IMG/VR virus record: IMGVR_UViG_3300044709_000083
Coordinates: 1 to 44,734 of that record
DNA length: 44,734 bases
Reading direction: 5' to 3' (one strand)
DNA from: a virus
Taxonomy: Duplodnaviria > Caudoviricetes
Shown here: piece by piece, positions 33,759 to 43,068 of the stretch
How the letters are laid out: every line of letters starts with the position of its first letter
Position numbering within the stretch: position 1 is the stretch's first letter
The notes under the pieces: generated by a model
Databases searched by the model: none
Seen by the model: only the letters and a program-made list of their open reading frames with translations
What the model was told of the DNA's origin: nothing
Translations under genes and position numbers: made by a program

Positions 33759-35724
33759 ATCGCCCCTCAATCCATTCCGCTTCGCCGTGCGCTTCCGGCT
33801 GATGCTCGCGACTGGAGACGACGGCCGCCGTATCGAACGTCGCCAGATACATCCCCCACGCCATCTGTGCCATCTTCGGCTCACGGCTCAGACTTGGCGC
33901 CATCTTGCTCGCCAGGTTCCACGCCAGCGCGTTCTCAAAGAGCGCATCCGAAAAGTTCGCAGAGCAGGGCACATAGACCGTGTATTCCAGTTGGGCATCT
34001 ACTTGGTTCGTGAAGATGACGAGTTCCTCCGTGGCCGGCACGCCGGTAATCGTGCGCCCCACGCGAAAGGGAATCGGCTTGCGATCGAACCGTCGTCCAC
34101 TCCCAGGATTCACGAGCCGCCGTGCGAACAGGCAATCGGTCGGATAGCGATACGAGTAGACCCAATCGCCGTTGATCGGGTCGGTCGGTTCGCCGTCAAT
34201 CAATTCCATGTCATCGCCAGCCCCGGCATCCGTCGACTTGAGATATTTGGTCGCAAAGGACCACGGATAGGCCCGCAACGTCTCTTGCAGCGCCGGCAGA
34301 AAGAGCAGCGCGCCCGTGTAGGCTTCGCGGCTCGCTTCATCGAGCGCCGTGATGGTTTGCGAGACGCCAATTCGTAGAAGCGCCTGATTGATGACTTGAA
34401 TCTGAGTGGACACACAGCACCCGCATTCTTCAATGGTGATGACAATCTCGCAGTCGATCCCGTCCGTGTCGTCGTTCGCATCCGTGACGCGCGCCGTGAA
34501 CGTGAAGTCGCCCGACTCGGTCGGAATGCCGCTAATGAGGCCCGTGGCACTGTTCAACGAGAGGCCATTAGGTAAGGCGCCTGAGATGATCGAGAACGTG
34601 TAGGGTTCCACGCCCCCTGTGGCCGTGAGCAGCGCCGTATAGGGCACATGCGCTTCGCCCGAGGGCAGTTCGTCACAGACGAGGCTTGGCGGCGTGACAT
34701 CAGGGATCTCATGGACGGTGCCGATCGCGAGCCGAATCCGCACTTCGTCGATGACGCCGTCGAACAATTCGCCGTTGACGATGCCGCCGATGATCGTGGT
34801 CTCGGCCCCGATGCCGACCCCCACGAGGCTCGGATTGTTCAGCGCGCCCGTCGCTTCGACCACCTTGCCGATCTTGATGGTCCCCACGCCATGATCGATC
34901 TGCGCCGTCACCTTATAGACGGTGTCGAGCGCGATGTGCGTCGTGCCCGTCAGGAGTGGCCCCGGCAACGTCCCGGCGAGCAGCAGAAACCCCGTGCTCG
35001 TGACCTTGAACGCATAGCCGACATCCGAGAAGTAGTAGGTGCAGACCAACTGACTCCCAGCGCCGTTGTAACTCCGCAGCTTGAACTGCGCCTGAATCTC
35101 GAGCTCCGGCGTGGTCGCGCCTTCGAGCCGGATGATCTCGTCCATGTCGACGACATCGAACCCGCTCCCCGCCGGAAAATCGAAGGCTTTCCCGATCAGG
35201 CCGACCGTCGTCCGATCCTCGGTCAGATCGGTATTGCCCCGCCACGCCGCTTCGCCCGTGGCCGAGTTGCACGAATTGTGCACGATGCTATCCGCCGCAT
35301 CATCCGAGAAATGCCCGACAAACCCGTGCGTCGTCGGCGGCGTCACTTCCGCCACGGATGGGGTCGACACGTAGGCGGCCCAGACGGTATCAGGGTCTTC
35401 GAGCGAACTCCCGAGCGCGGGTGTCGCGCCCCACGCCATGTAGTAAAACCCGCGCGGGTCGTCCTCTTCGCCGGCCCATGCTTCTTTCAGCAGACCCGTG
35501 ACCGGGTCGTATTCGACCGTCTCAAACGGCAGGAGGTCGGTCAGCGCAGAATCGGCGTAGAACACGGGTTCGTGGGCCCCACACTCCCCGCCATTGGCGA
35601 CGGAGCGCAGACGTGAGGCCAGCGCCAGGATGACCGGATCAAGGTCGCTGGAGATCAGGAAGGGAAAATCATACAGCCCCCCATTCGGCAGCACCGCGAG
35701 GCGTTGGGAATGGGCGTAGGCCAT
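33757..35724 (-). CDS. Tail tubular protein A (adaptor) fused to N-terminal LamG-like and Ig-like (He_PIG) domains
   Basis: C-terminal 220 aa: INQALLRIG...YPWSFATK...YRYPTDCL...DALFENALAWNLA. Middle: LTATGGVEPYTFSIISGALPNGLSLNSATGLISGIP. N-terminal: LLPFETVEYD, FDGVIDEVRI. Confidence 0.85.
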   Translation of the reverse strand: MAYAHSQRLAVLPNGGLYDFPFLISSDLDPVILALASRLRSVANGGECGAHEPVFYADSALTDLLPFETVEYDPVTGLLKEAWAGEEDDPRGFYYMAWGATPALGSSLEDPDTVWAAYVSTPSVAEVTPPTTHGFVGHFSDDAADSIVHNSCNSATGEAAWRGNTDLTEDRTTVGLIGKAFDFPAGSGFDVVDMDEIIRLEGATTPELEIQAQFKLRSYNGAGSQLVCTYYFSDVGYAFKVTSTGFLLLAGTLPGPLLTGTTHIALDTVYKVTAQIDHGVGTIKIGKVVEATGALNNPSLVGVGIGAETTIIGGIVNGELFDGVIDEVRIRLAIGTVHEIPDVTPPSLVCDELPSGEAHVPYTALLTATGGVEPYTFSIISGALPNGLSLNSATGLISGIPTESGDFTFTARVTDANDDTDGIDCEIVITIEECGCCVSTQIQVINQALLRIGVSQTITALDEASREAYTGALLFLPALQETLRAYPWSFATKYLKSTDAGAGDDMELIDGEPTDPINGDWVYSYRYPTDCLFARRLVNPGSGRRFDRKPIPFRVGRTITGVPATEELVIFTNQVDAQLEYTVYVPCSANFSDALFENALAWNLASKMAPSLSREPKMAQMAWGMYLATFDTAAVVSSREHQPEAHGEAEWIEGR

Positions 35725-35828
35725 TTATTTACAGGGCTTAGAGGCGGCTGCGGGCTTCCTGCACGAGGAGCACACCAGCCGTCAGCCACGTTTCATGAGC
35801 AACGCACGGCAGCACTTCGAGAGCAGCG

Positions 35829-36170
35829 TCACAGCACGTCGGCCGCGCCGGTCGGTGTCGTGTCTTCGGCATCACCTCTCGCCGGCAGCGTGGGCTTGGC
35901 CCGCATCTGTGAAACAAACGTGCCGCTGCTGTTCGCATTCCGCCGCGTCGGCGCTTCCTGCGCCACGCGCAACTGTTCCGCGAGGTCATCCGGCGTGTTC
36001 CACGGCACTTCGACCATCCACCCAGGCGAGAAGTCTTTCGGATCGTTCACCGTGAACGTCCGCCCCGCTCGGATGCGCGTGCCCGCTTCGCCGTGTCCAA
36101 AAAAGCCGTTACGGAGCGCACGGACTCGCTTCGGCCACGCACTCGAGACTGAGACTTGCGTTTTCGCCAT
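35829..36170 (-). CDS. Hypothetical virion-module protein
   Basis: KRVRALRNGFFG...RAGRTFTV...WMVEV; AGGGG upstream of ATG 36170. Confidence 0.65.
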   Translation of the reverse strand: MAKTQVSVSSAWPKRVRALRNGFFGHGEAGTRIRAGRTFTVNDPKDFSPGWMVEVPWNTPDDLAEQLRVAQEAPTRRNANSSGTFVSQMRAKPTLPARGDAEDTTPTGAADVL

Positions 36171-36186
36171 ACATCCCCTGGAAAGG

Positions 36187-36218
36187 GACGAACCGCCAGC
36201 CCGTGCCAGCGGCCCGTC
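36187..36218 (-). terminator. Hairpin after the capsid/cement genes (terminator-like)
   Basis: 14 bp stem with G-U pairs on the minus strand (GACGGGCCGCTGGC-ACGG-GCTGGCGGTTCGTC) followed by CCTTT. Confidence 0.5.
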
Positions 36219-36229
36219 GTCACTGCCCG

Positions 36230-36700
36230 CTAGATCGAATCGGGATACGCCTTCCACTTCTTCGGATCGGCGCACAGGAACGCGTTGATCTTCCCGGCCG
36301 TCGTGGTCGTGGTGACGATCGTTGCCAGCACGCCCAGATACCGTTCATACGCCGGCCCTTCCGAGGGCAACTGCACGCAGACGGGCATCCCGCCCGCGTT
36401 CAGAATCGCGTCATTCGCGGCTGAGTCATCCGTCACGAATGACCGGCTGGCAAAATGCACCGTGGCCGTGCCATCGGTCGCAATCGCCGCTTGAGCATCA
36501 GAGGCGAGGCTGAAGATGATCGTCCCCGCCGATCCACCCGTGATGATTTCCGTGTCCACCGTGATCACGAAGTAGAGGCGCGACATATTGCCAATGTCGC
36601 GCACCACCGAAAGGTCGATCACATCGCCGACGAGGATCGTGCTCGCGACGGCCGCGACCGACACCGCATCGGCAAATTCTGTCCGTTCGTCAAGTATCAT
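36230..36700 (-). CDS. Capsid cement protein, Bbp16-like
   Basis: MILD...F.D...DVIDL...YERYLGV...TAGKINAFL. Confidence 0.88.
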   Translation of the reverse strand: MILDERTEFADAVSVAAVASTILVGDVIDLSVVRDIGNMSRLYFVITVDTEIITGGSAGTIIFSLASDAQAAIATDGTATVHFASRSFVTDDSAANDAILNAGGMPVCVQLPSEGPAYERYLGVLATIVTTTTTAGKINAFLCADPKKWKAYPDSI

Positions 36701-36711
36701 CGTGGTCTCCT

Positions 36712-37710
36712 TTACGCGACCAGCGTTTCGTTGTTGACAATGGCGTCGCTGCGCCGCACCGGGATCCCGTCGAAGGTCATGACCCGCTTGCCGCCGATGT
36801 CGTCCATCATCAGCGTCGACTGCTTGACGAAGTTCACCATCTGGCGACGCAGGAACGATTCGATCGTCCGGTTGACGTAGAACACCGGCCGCACGCCGCT
36901 CAAGGACTGGATGATGACCAGCGCTTGCGTCATCAGGTCCACCAGATCCGCGCCCGCGCTTGCCGCCTTGGTCAGCGCCGACACTTCGATGTTGGCGATG
37001 CGGACGATGTAGCGCCAGTCAGGAACCGCGAAGCCCACATCCCAGCGGAAGTGGGTCCGATACATCTCGGCCCGTCCCCCGGACCCGTCGACGTTCTCGA
37101 CCGTGACCAGGCCCTTGTCGGTGATCTGGAATCCGGCCTTGCTGCCCTTCGGGTAAAACAGGTGCGCCGTGTTCCGGCCCCACCCCACGAGGTAGATGCT
37201 CGTGTTGTCGGTGTCGGCCGATCCGCCGAGAATGACGTGATCGCCGTTCGCCGCCGTGGTGTCGTTGAAGCGCGGCGCCAGCCCCGTGAAGGCTTCCGGT
37301 TCCGTGCTGGAATTGCCATAAAAAAAAGTGGACTCAATTTCCTGCTTGAACCCCTCGAGCACGGCCATGTGTTCGGAGGCGCGGAAGGCCGAGGCGTTGC
37401 CGTTCAGATCCGCGAGCGCCTGATCGATCTCGCTGTAGTTCTCGAGCATGCCGCAGTCATCCGTGACCTTGGCGCGCGTGCTCTTGGTCGGCTGCACACC
37501 GCCGTAGAGTTTGCGCCACGTCGGCGCCGGAATGCCGGTGCGGACGACGGAGGTGTGTCCCGTGAGGCCGTTGGCTTCGATGACCACGGCATCATCCGTG
37601 ATCGCGAGCATTTGGTTGAGGACTTCAATCGCGGCCTGGACCCGATCATTCGGATCCAGCGAGGCCATGAAGTCGAGCAATGTCGGATTGCCGACCGTGA
37701 GTGTCGCCAT
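36712..37710 (-). CDS. Major capsid protein, Bbp17-like
   Basis: PTLLD, IEANGLTGH, RTGIPAPTWRKLYGGVQPTKS, DWRYIVRIANI, FDGIPVRRSDAI. Confidence 0.95.
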   Translation of the reverse strand: MATLTVGNPTLLDFMASLDPNDRVQAAIEVLNQMLAITDDAVVIEANGLTGHTSVVRTGIPAPTWRKLYGGVQPTKSTRAKVTDDCGMLENYSEIDQALADLNGNASAFRASEHMAVLEGFKQEIESTFFYGNSSTEPEAFTGLAPRFNDTTAANGDHVILGGSADTDNTSIYLVGWGRNTAHLFYPKGSKAGFQITDKGLVTVENVDGSGGRAEMYRTHFRWDVGFAVPDWRYIVRIANIEVSALTKAASAGADLVDLMTQALVIIQSLSGVRPVFYVNRTIESFLRRQMVNFVKQSTLMMDDIGGKRVMTFDGIPVRRSDAIVNNETLVA

Positions 37711-37739
37711 AGTGACTGACTCCTAAAGACTCGTGCGGC

Positions 37740-38363
37740 CTAATCGCCCACGAGCCGTTCTTCGAGGGATTTCCGCGGCGCGGCACCCGACCGCCCCGCG
37801 ACGTGCGTGTCTTCACGCATAGCCTTCCCAACGCGCGCGACGAACAATACCCACGGGGTATAGTCACCGACTCGCATTTGCTCCATGTCTTTGCGGAAGC
37901 GCTCGCGCTCTGGCGTGCCAACCGGCAAAAACTTGTTCAGAGCGCGTGCAACATCGGCCTTCGTCGCTTCGAGATTCGCGCCACCGATTTCGGTATGAGC
38001 GTTGGTTTCCTCTCGGAAACGATCGCCCATCGCGTTGAGGCCAGTGATTTGCTCGTCGAGTTCCTGTTGCGCGACTTCGTTCGACCAGCCCTTAGATCGC
38101 GCGCGCGCAGTAAAGGCGTCTAGGTCGAATGCTTCTCCGTCTGGCAACTTCAACTCGTATGTGACCGGCGCGGGCGGCGGAGCTGCGACAGGCGCAGGCG
38201 CGGCGGGAGGCGGCACCTCTGGCACGGGCGGAACAACGGCCGGGTCCGCCGCTGGAGCGGCTGCCGCAGGCACTTCAGCAACCGCTGGAGTGGCCGGAAC
38301 TGCGGGCGTGGGGTCGGCGGCCGGGGTCGGGGGATCCTGCACGGCTGCCGCTGGATCGGTCAT
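37740..38363 (-). CDS. Scaffolding protein, Bbp18-like
   Basis: Pro/Ala-rich N-terminus, YELKLPDG, VGKAMRED; immediately upstream of the MCP. Confidence 0.8.
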   Translation of the reverse strand: MTDPAAAVQDPPTPAADPTPAVPATPAVAEVPAAAAPAADPAVVPPVPEVPPPAAPAPVAAPPPAPVTYELKLPDGEAFDLDAFTARARSKGWSNEVAQQELDEQITGLNAMGDRFREETNAHTEIGGANLEATKADVARALNKFLPVGTPERERFRKDMEQMRVGDYTPWVLFVARVGKAMREDTHVAGRSGAAPRKSLEERLVGD

Positions 38364-38391
38364 TGAACGTATCTCCTAGAGTGTGCGCGCA

Positions 38392-38760
38392 TTATAGCCC
38401 GTCCTCATCCGTCCGCGACGGCGCGGAGGCATTCTCCCGCGCTTCTTTCTTCGTCCGCGCTCTGGCGTCCTGCATCATCTGGAACAGCAACGTGTCGTCG
38501 GCCTCGTTGATTTCCGCCATCAGGAAGTGCCCCACGTCCTGCTGGCCGGCGTTGTAATGAATCTTGGCACTCTGCTCCCAAATCGAGGCGAACGTGTTGA
38601 CGCGCTCAAGTAGTCGCCAGACGAAGCGACGGCCCGCCGGTTCCGCAAGCACCGCGCGCAGATCGGCCAATTCCTGCCCGCGTCGGCTCTTGACCGTGCG
38701 CGTCGCGTGCTGATGCTGGCGTGGGTCGGAGGTATCACGGACCAGGGCGCTGTCGCTCAT
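38392..38760 (-). CDS. Bbp19-like head protein
   Basis: DLRAVLAEPAGRRFVWRLL...YNAGQQDVG. Confidence 0.85.
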   Translation of the reverse strand: MSDSALVRDTSDPRQHQHATRTVKSRRGQELADLRAVLAEPAGRRFVWRLLERVNTFASIWEQSAKIHYNAGQQDVGHFLMAEINEADDTLLFQMMQDARARTKKEARENASAPSRTDEDGL

Positions 38761-39398
38761 TGCACCGTCAGCCCTTCCAGTCGAAATCGTGCCGTGCCGC
38801 CTGAGACGTTCACGCCATGCCCGAAGAAGCAGCCACCGCCGAAGGTCAGCCCGATCCCGGTCACGTGCGAGATTGCATCGTTCCAGCCGACGAGCGTCGT
38901 CGCATCCTCGTTTCCGAATCGCCCGTAGACACTCGACCAGCGATCCGGCGTGAGCGGCACGGTCAGCACGACCGGCGCACTGTCGGCGCTCAAGGTGTAG
39001 GCCGAAGGATTGCTCCACCAGCGGCCGAACTCGCCGGACCAATCGTTGTTGGCGAGGAAGAACGGACGCGCGGAGGCAGGAGGCGTTGGACAGGTGTTCC
39101 CCGGCTCGGTCATGAAGTTGAAGATCGGCGTGCCGGTGACGACGAGGGACATCGTGTAAGTGAGCGAGGTCGCGCCGCTGAACAGGTTGCGTGGTGGCTT
39201 CACGTTATAGAGATAGTTCTGCGAGTCGGGCGCCTGCGGGAAATCGAGCGCGAGGGCACCGTCCGGATCGTTCTGGAGGACGACGCCGGTCGGATGCGTG
39301 GTGTCCCAGACGCGAGCGGCCAGTGACAGGGAGGTCGGCCCGTGCGGAGGCTTCGGCGCGAGGGCGAGCAGGAGCAGCGCGAGCACGAGTCGGTTCAT
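38757..39398 (-). CDS. Secreted beta-rich protein
   Basis: Signal peptide MNRLVLALLLLALAP; Trp-rich body suggestive of a carbohydrate-binding fold. Confidence 0.7.
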   Translation of the reverse strand: MNRLVLALLLLALAPKPPHGPTSLSLAARVWDTTHPTGVVLQNDPDGALALDFPQAPDSQNYLYNVKPPRNLFSGATSLTYTMSLVVTGTPIFNFMTEPGNTCPTPPASARPFFLANNDWSGEFGRWWSNPSAYTLSADSAPVVLTVPLTPDRWSSVYGRFGNEDATTLVGWNDAISHVTGIGLTFGGGCFFGHGVNVSGGTARFRLEGLTVQ

Positions 39399-39583
39399 TT
39401 GGCCCCTTCCGGTGCTTTCGGCGCTGGCGCTGGTTTTTCCGGCGCGATGACTTCCGCGCACACGTTCTGCGCGCGTTCACAGATCCGATTCAGCCGCACA
39501 TGGTCCTGATAGACCAAGGACAGCCCGAACCCGAGTCCGATCACCGCTGCCCCGATCAGTCCGTCGAGAATCCGCTGTCTCAT
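39395..39583 (-). CDS. Small single-TM protein
   Basis: LIGAAVIGLGFGLSLVY followed by C..C; GGAG upstream. Confidence 0.6.
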   Translation of the reverse strand: MRQRILDGLIGAAVIGLGFGLSLVYQDHVRLNRICERAQNVCAEVIAPEKPAPAPKAPEGAK

Positions 39584-39590
39584 TTACTCC

Positions 39591-42020
39591 TCAATCTGTC
39601 ACCCATGCGGTGCCGTTGCAGTAAACGCTGGCGTGTGTGGTTCCGCCGCTCACGTAGGCCGTCAGAAATGTCGGCGTCAACGCATCAGAGACCGCCGCCC
39701 GCGCCCCTTCCGCCGCCCCGTTACACGTCGGGAGCGCCGTCCCGGCCGCTGAGTAGATCGTGGTCCCCTGGAGATAGGTGCCACTGACCAAGGTCGCGAA
39801 GTTTGCCGTCCCCCCTGACGCCCGGAGGCCCGTGTTCGTCAGCAGCGTGTCAATCGCCGTGGTGTTGACCGGCTGCACGATGGGCGTGGCGTTCCAGAAG
39901 GCGAGTTTCTGGGAAGTCGCCGTGCCGAACTTCGTCCCCGTCGTGGCGTTGGTGATCAGGTTGATCGCATCGCTGAAGGTGACATCGCCACTGAGCAGCG
40001 TCGTGCTGCTGTGCGTCACCGCGCCGGTTGAGATCAGCGTGCCTGCGTTCGCGACGTTCCCGCCGTTCGTGACCGTGAACTTGTCCGTGGTCCCTGCCGA
40101 TCCTGCACTCGCTCGAATCAGGTAGTTCGTCCCGGTTGGAAGGGCGGTCTCCACAACGGCGAGTTTCAGGGCTTCATAGGACCCGGCCCCAGGCGTGACC
40201 GCCGAGTAGTTGATGGTGGGGTTGACATAGACTCCTTGATACACGTAGGTCGATGTCGTGCTGGGGTTGACATTCGGGTTGATGAGCACCGATTCGGCGG
40301 TCCCAGTGGTATTCCGAAACGCAGTCCCATTATGAATCGTCACCGCCGCGAGACCATTCGAGACCGCCGTGTTCGCGGCCCCAGAGAGCACTAACGGCTG
40401 TCCACTCACACGAAGCTCTAGGGCGACGACGCCAGCGGAATCCACCAAGTTAAAGGCCCGGGCAGTGCCGGTGCCCGCCTTTTCCATGCCCAGGGTCACA
40501 ATGTTGCTCGCCCATTTCAGTGCCAGTCGCTCGTAGTTCGAGGCGTCCGTGAAGGTGTTGTAGAGATTGAGAATTTGTGGATTCGAGCCGGTCGTTTTTC
40601 GCAGGCCGATGATGTTCGCGCCGTCGTCATAGAAGCCCTGCCCGTTCGCGAACGTGAAGTTCGTCGTGATCACCGGCGCGGTCGCGAACATCGCCACGCC
40701 AGAGCCCGTTTCGTCAGAGAGCACGCCTGCGAGTTGGGCCGAGGTCGTGGCGGCGAATTGCGACAACGGCGAGCCGGTGACGCCACAGGTCGCACAGGCA
40801 ATCGTCCCCGTGGAGGTAATCGTGCCGCCCGTGATCGGGGAGGTGGTCGCGATGCTCGTCACTGTGCCTGTCCCAGACGGGAGATCCGCTGTGGCGAGCA
40901 CCCGAAACGTCGGTGCCGCATCGGCTCCGGTCGCCGGTCCAGCCAAAAATGTCTTCGTGACTTGCGTCGCCAACGTGCCGGTGAGCGTCCCGGTCGTCGT
41001 AACGGGCGAATTGCTCACGGTGATGAACGAGGGGAGTGATAGGCCGACGCTCGTCACCGTGCCAGTCGTGGTGGAGAGCGTGCCGCCCCCACTCGGAAAG
41101 GTCCACGTCGAACTGGAAGGGATCGCGAAGGTCGGATTGAACGCGCCGGTCGTGACTAAATTCCCCGAGAGCGTCAGGTTCTTGCCGTTGACCTGCACTT
41201 GGACCCCGGTCGCCCCTAGATTCATCGCCCGCAAGGTGCCGGTGCCGCCGCTCTGGGTTGTCAGGGTGTAGACGTTCCCTGACCAGTAGTCCACCCCCCG
41301 CTCGTAGTCCGTCGCCCCCGGCGTATATTTCGTGAACTGCGGATTGTAGAGGGCTTCAATCGCCTGCCCCACACTGTCGAAGGTCGCATCCTCGCGCACC
41401 CGGCGCACGCCTCGGGAATCGAACCAGGAATAGTAGGCGTTGGTCGCAATCCCCGCTTGATCGCGGGAATAGAACGCATAGGCCGTGTCAATGCTCGGGC
41501 CATAGAGTTCCGCGTCGAATCCCCAGACCTGCGTGGCCTGCCCCATGCCGCTGCTCTCGACATCGGCAGAAAACCCGTAGAGCCCGCCCAAGCGTCCCGT
41601 CCCCGCGTGAATGGCTGCCGTGAACACGCCCGTGATGTTCGCGGAACTGAGCGTTTGCGTGTTCGTATCAGGCACGCCGACGTTGGCGTAGATCGACGCG
41701 ACCGAGGATCCGAACGTGGCCGAAGGGTCCAGCGTGACATTGGTCAGCAGCCCATTGCGGAAGGCGGTATTCCCCATCGTGGCCCCGATGCCGGTGATCG
41801 AGGTCGAGAAGTCAATCGCGCCGCCGAACGGGTCCAAGGACGCATTGCCGATAAACGCGCGGGAATAGAGATTCGTGACCGACCCAAGTGGGGTGTTCGC
41901 CGGGGGACTCGCCAACCGCGCAAACGTCAACCCCGGATTGTTCACTTGGGCCGAGAGCGGCAGCCAGCCGATCCCCGCCCCGAGGAGGAAGCCGAGCACG
42001 AGGAGGAGTCGCCTACTCAT
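39591..42020 (-). CDS. Thr/Gly-rich fibre/adhesin-like protein with an N-terminal signal peptide
   Basis: MSRRLLLVLGFLLGAGIGWLPLSA-Q; GTVTSV repeats, LSQFAATTSAQLAGVLSDETGSG, GARAAVSDA...VYCNGTAW tip. Confidence 0.8.
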   Translation of the reverse strand: MSRRLLLVLGFLLGAGIGWLPLSAQVNNPGLTFARLASPPANTPLGSVTNLYSRAFIGNASLDPFGGAIDFSTSITGIGATMGNTAFRNGLLTNVTLDPSATFGSSVASIYANVGVPDTNTQTLSSANITGVFTAAIHAGTGRLGGLYGFSADVESSGMGQATQVWGFDAELYGPSIDTAYAFYSRDQAGIATNAYYSWFDSRGVRRVREDATFDSVGQAIEALYNPQFTKYTPGATDYERGVDYWSGNVYTLTTQSGGTGTLRAMNLGATGVQVQVNGKNLTLSGNLVTTGAFNPTFAIPSSSTWTFPSGGGTLSTTTGTVTSVGLSLPSFITVSNSPVTTTGTLTGTLATQVTKTFLAGPATGADAAPTFRVLATADLPSGTGTVTSIATTSPITGGTITSTGTIACATCGVTGSPLSQFAATTSAQLAGVLSDETGSGVAMFATAPVITTNFTFANGQGFYDDGANIIGLRKTTGSNPQILNLYNTFTDASNYERLALKWASNIVTLGMEKAGTGTARAFNLVDSAGVVALELRVSGQPLVLSGAANTAVSNGLAAVTIHNGTAFRNTTGTAESVLINPNVNPSTTSTYVYQGVYVNPTINYSAVTPGAGSYEALKLAVVETALPTGTNYLIRASAGSAGTTDKFTVTNGGNVANAGTLISTGAVTHSSTTLLSGDVTFSDAINLITNATTGTKFGTATSQKLAFWNATPIVQPVNTTAIDTLLTNTGLRASGGTANFATLVSGTYLQGTTIYSAAGTALPTCNGAAEGARAAVSDALTPTFLTAYVSGGTTHASVYCNGTAWVTD

Positions 42021-42376
42021 TCCCATTCCTGAATCGCGAGCGTGCTCGTGAGCGCCGTATTGCAAATCGCCGTGATGGCTTGCGTCGTGTAGACATTGGT
42101 CGAGCCGCCACCCGCGATGAGATATTCCCCACGGCCGAACACCGCTGTCGCGCCATACGCGAGACAGACATCACTCGCGCCCCAATTCGTAATACTTGCG
42201 CGCACCCGATCCGCATTCGCCGCCACCGCTGTCGACGAGGTCGCGGTGACGGACGCTGTCGCAGGCGTGATCCCGGTCTGTGGCGCGGGCGTGCTCGAGC
42301 CGCCGCCGCTCCCTTGGGTCTCTGGCACCCACGAGAGCGTGTCCACGTCCCAGACGTAGTTCGCGATACTCAGCAT
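42017..42376 (-). CDS. Small beta-rich virion (decoration-like) protein
   Basis: ANADRVRASITN...GEYLIAGGGS pattern. Confidence 0.65.
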   Translation of the reverse strand: MLSIANYVWDVDTLSWVPETQGSGGGSSTPAPQTGITPATASVTATSSTAVAANADRVRASITNWGASDVCLAYGATAVFGRGEYLIAGGGSTNVYTTQAITAICNTALTSTLAIQEWE

Positions 42377-42663
42377 GCGTCATGCACTCGGATTTCGCGT
42401 CGATCCTTCGCCGGCCGACCCGACGGTCCCGCCCCAACGGGCGTGTCATCGGTCGGTCGCACTTCCGCCTTGAGACCGCGAATCGCGGACGCAATCGCCT
42501 TCCGAATCGTGCGCTCGCTGTAGAACCAGCCGAACCAGCCGAACCCGCTGTCGCGCGCCTGTTCGAGAATCGCGTCCGCCAGTTCACGTTCGATGCGTCC
42601 CCCCGCCGGCCAGCGCAACGCCACCTGTCCGTCTGGGTCGAGAATTTGCAACTGATAGCCCAT
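42370..42663 (-). CDS. Hypothetical protein
   Basis: 97 aa with GAGG upstream. Confidence 0.55.
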   Translation of the reverse strand: MGYQLQILDPDGQVALRWPAGGRIERELADAILEQARDSGFGWFGWFYSERTIRKAIASAIRGLKAEVRPTDDTPVGAGPSGRPAKDRREIRVHDAC

Positions 42664-42672
42664 GACTGCCTC

Positions 42673-43059
42673 TTACGTGCGAATGATGAGGACCACGGTT
42701 TCGGTCTTCGAGTCCCCGGCGTTCGCCACGACCACATCAAGGGTCCGACTGCCGTCTTGAAACACGGGCGGATTCCAGACCGAGAGCGTCGGCACCGTCG
42801 CCGAGAGATTCGCGCCCGCCGCTGACTGCAGCAGATCCGGCACACTGCCATCGGTCAGGGTCACGTCATACGCCGCCGTCGGTGCCGTGCCGCCCGTCCC
42901 CGGAATGAACCGCGCCGAGATGAGTTCGCCTGCCGGGACAGAAAACCCATTGCCCGACACGTCCCCACCTGCCGTGGAGGTCCACGCCACCGAGAACCGC
43001 TGCCACGCGCGTTCGTGGTTGCCAATCTGCGCCGACGTGACGACGACTGTTCCAGCCAT
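42673..43059 (-). CDS. Small beta-rich virion-associated protein
   Basis: AGGAGG upstream; PTAAYDVTLTD...GANLSAT motif. Confidence 0.7.
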   Translation of the reverse strand: MAGTVVVTSAQIGNHERAWQRFSVAWTSTAGGDVSGNGFSVPAGELISARFIPGTGGTAPTAAYDVTLTDGSVPDLLQSAAGANLSATVPTLSVWNPPVFQDGSRTLDVVVANAGDSKTETVVLIIRT

Positions 43060-43068
43060 CTCGCCTCC

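Noticed and set aside
35725-35828. Short intergenic region with a CGGCTG/CAGCCG hairpin or a small ORF
   Set aside because: Modest structure expected at this GC content; no promoter, U-tract or convincing coding signal
42523-42545. GAACCAGCC tandem repeat
   Set aside because: Only about 2.5 copies, in frame (GWF GWF); too short to imply a contingency locus
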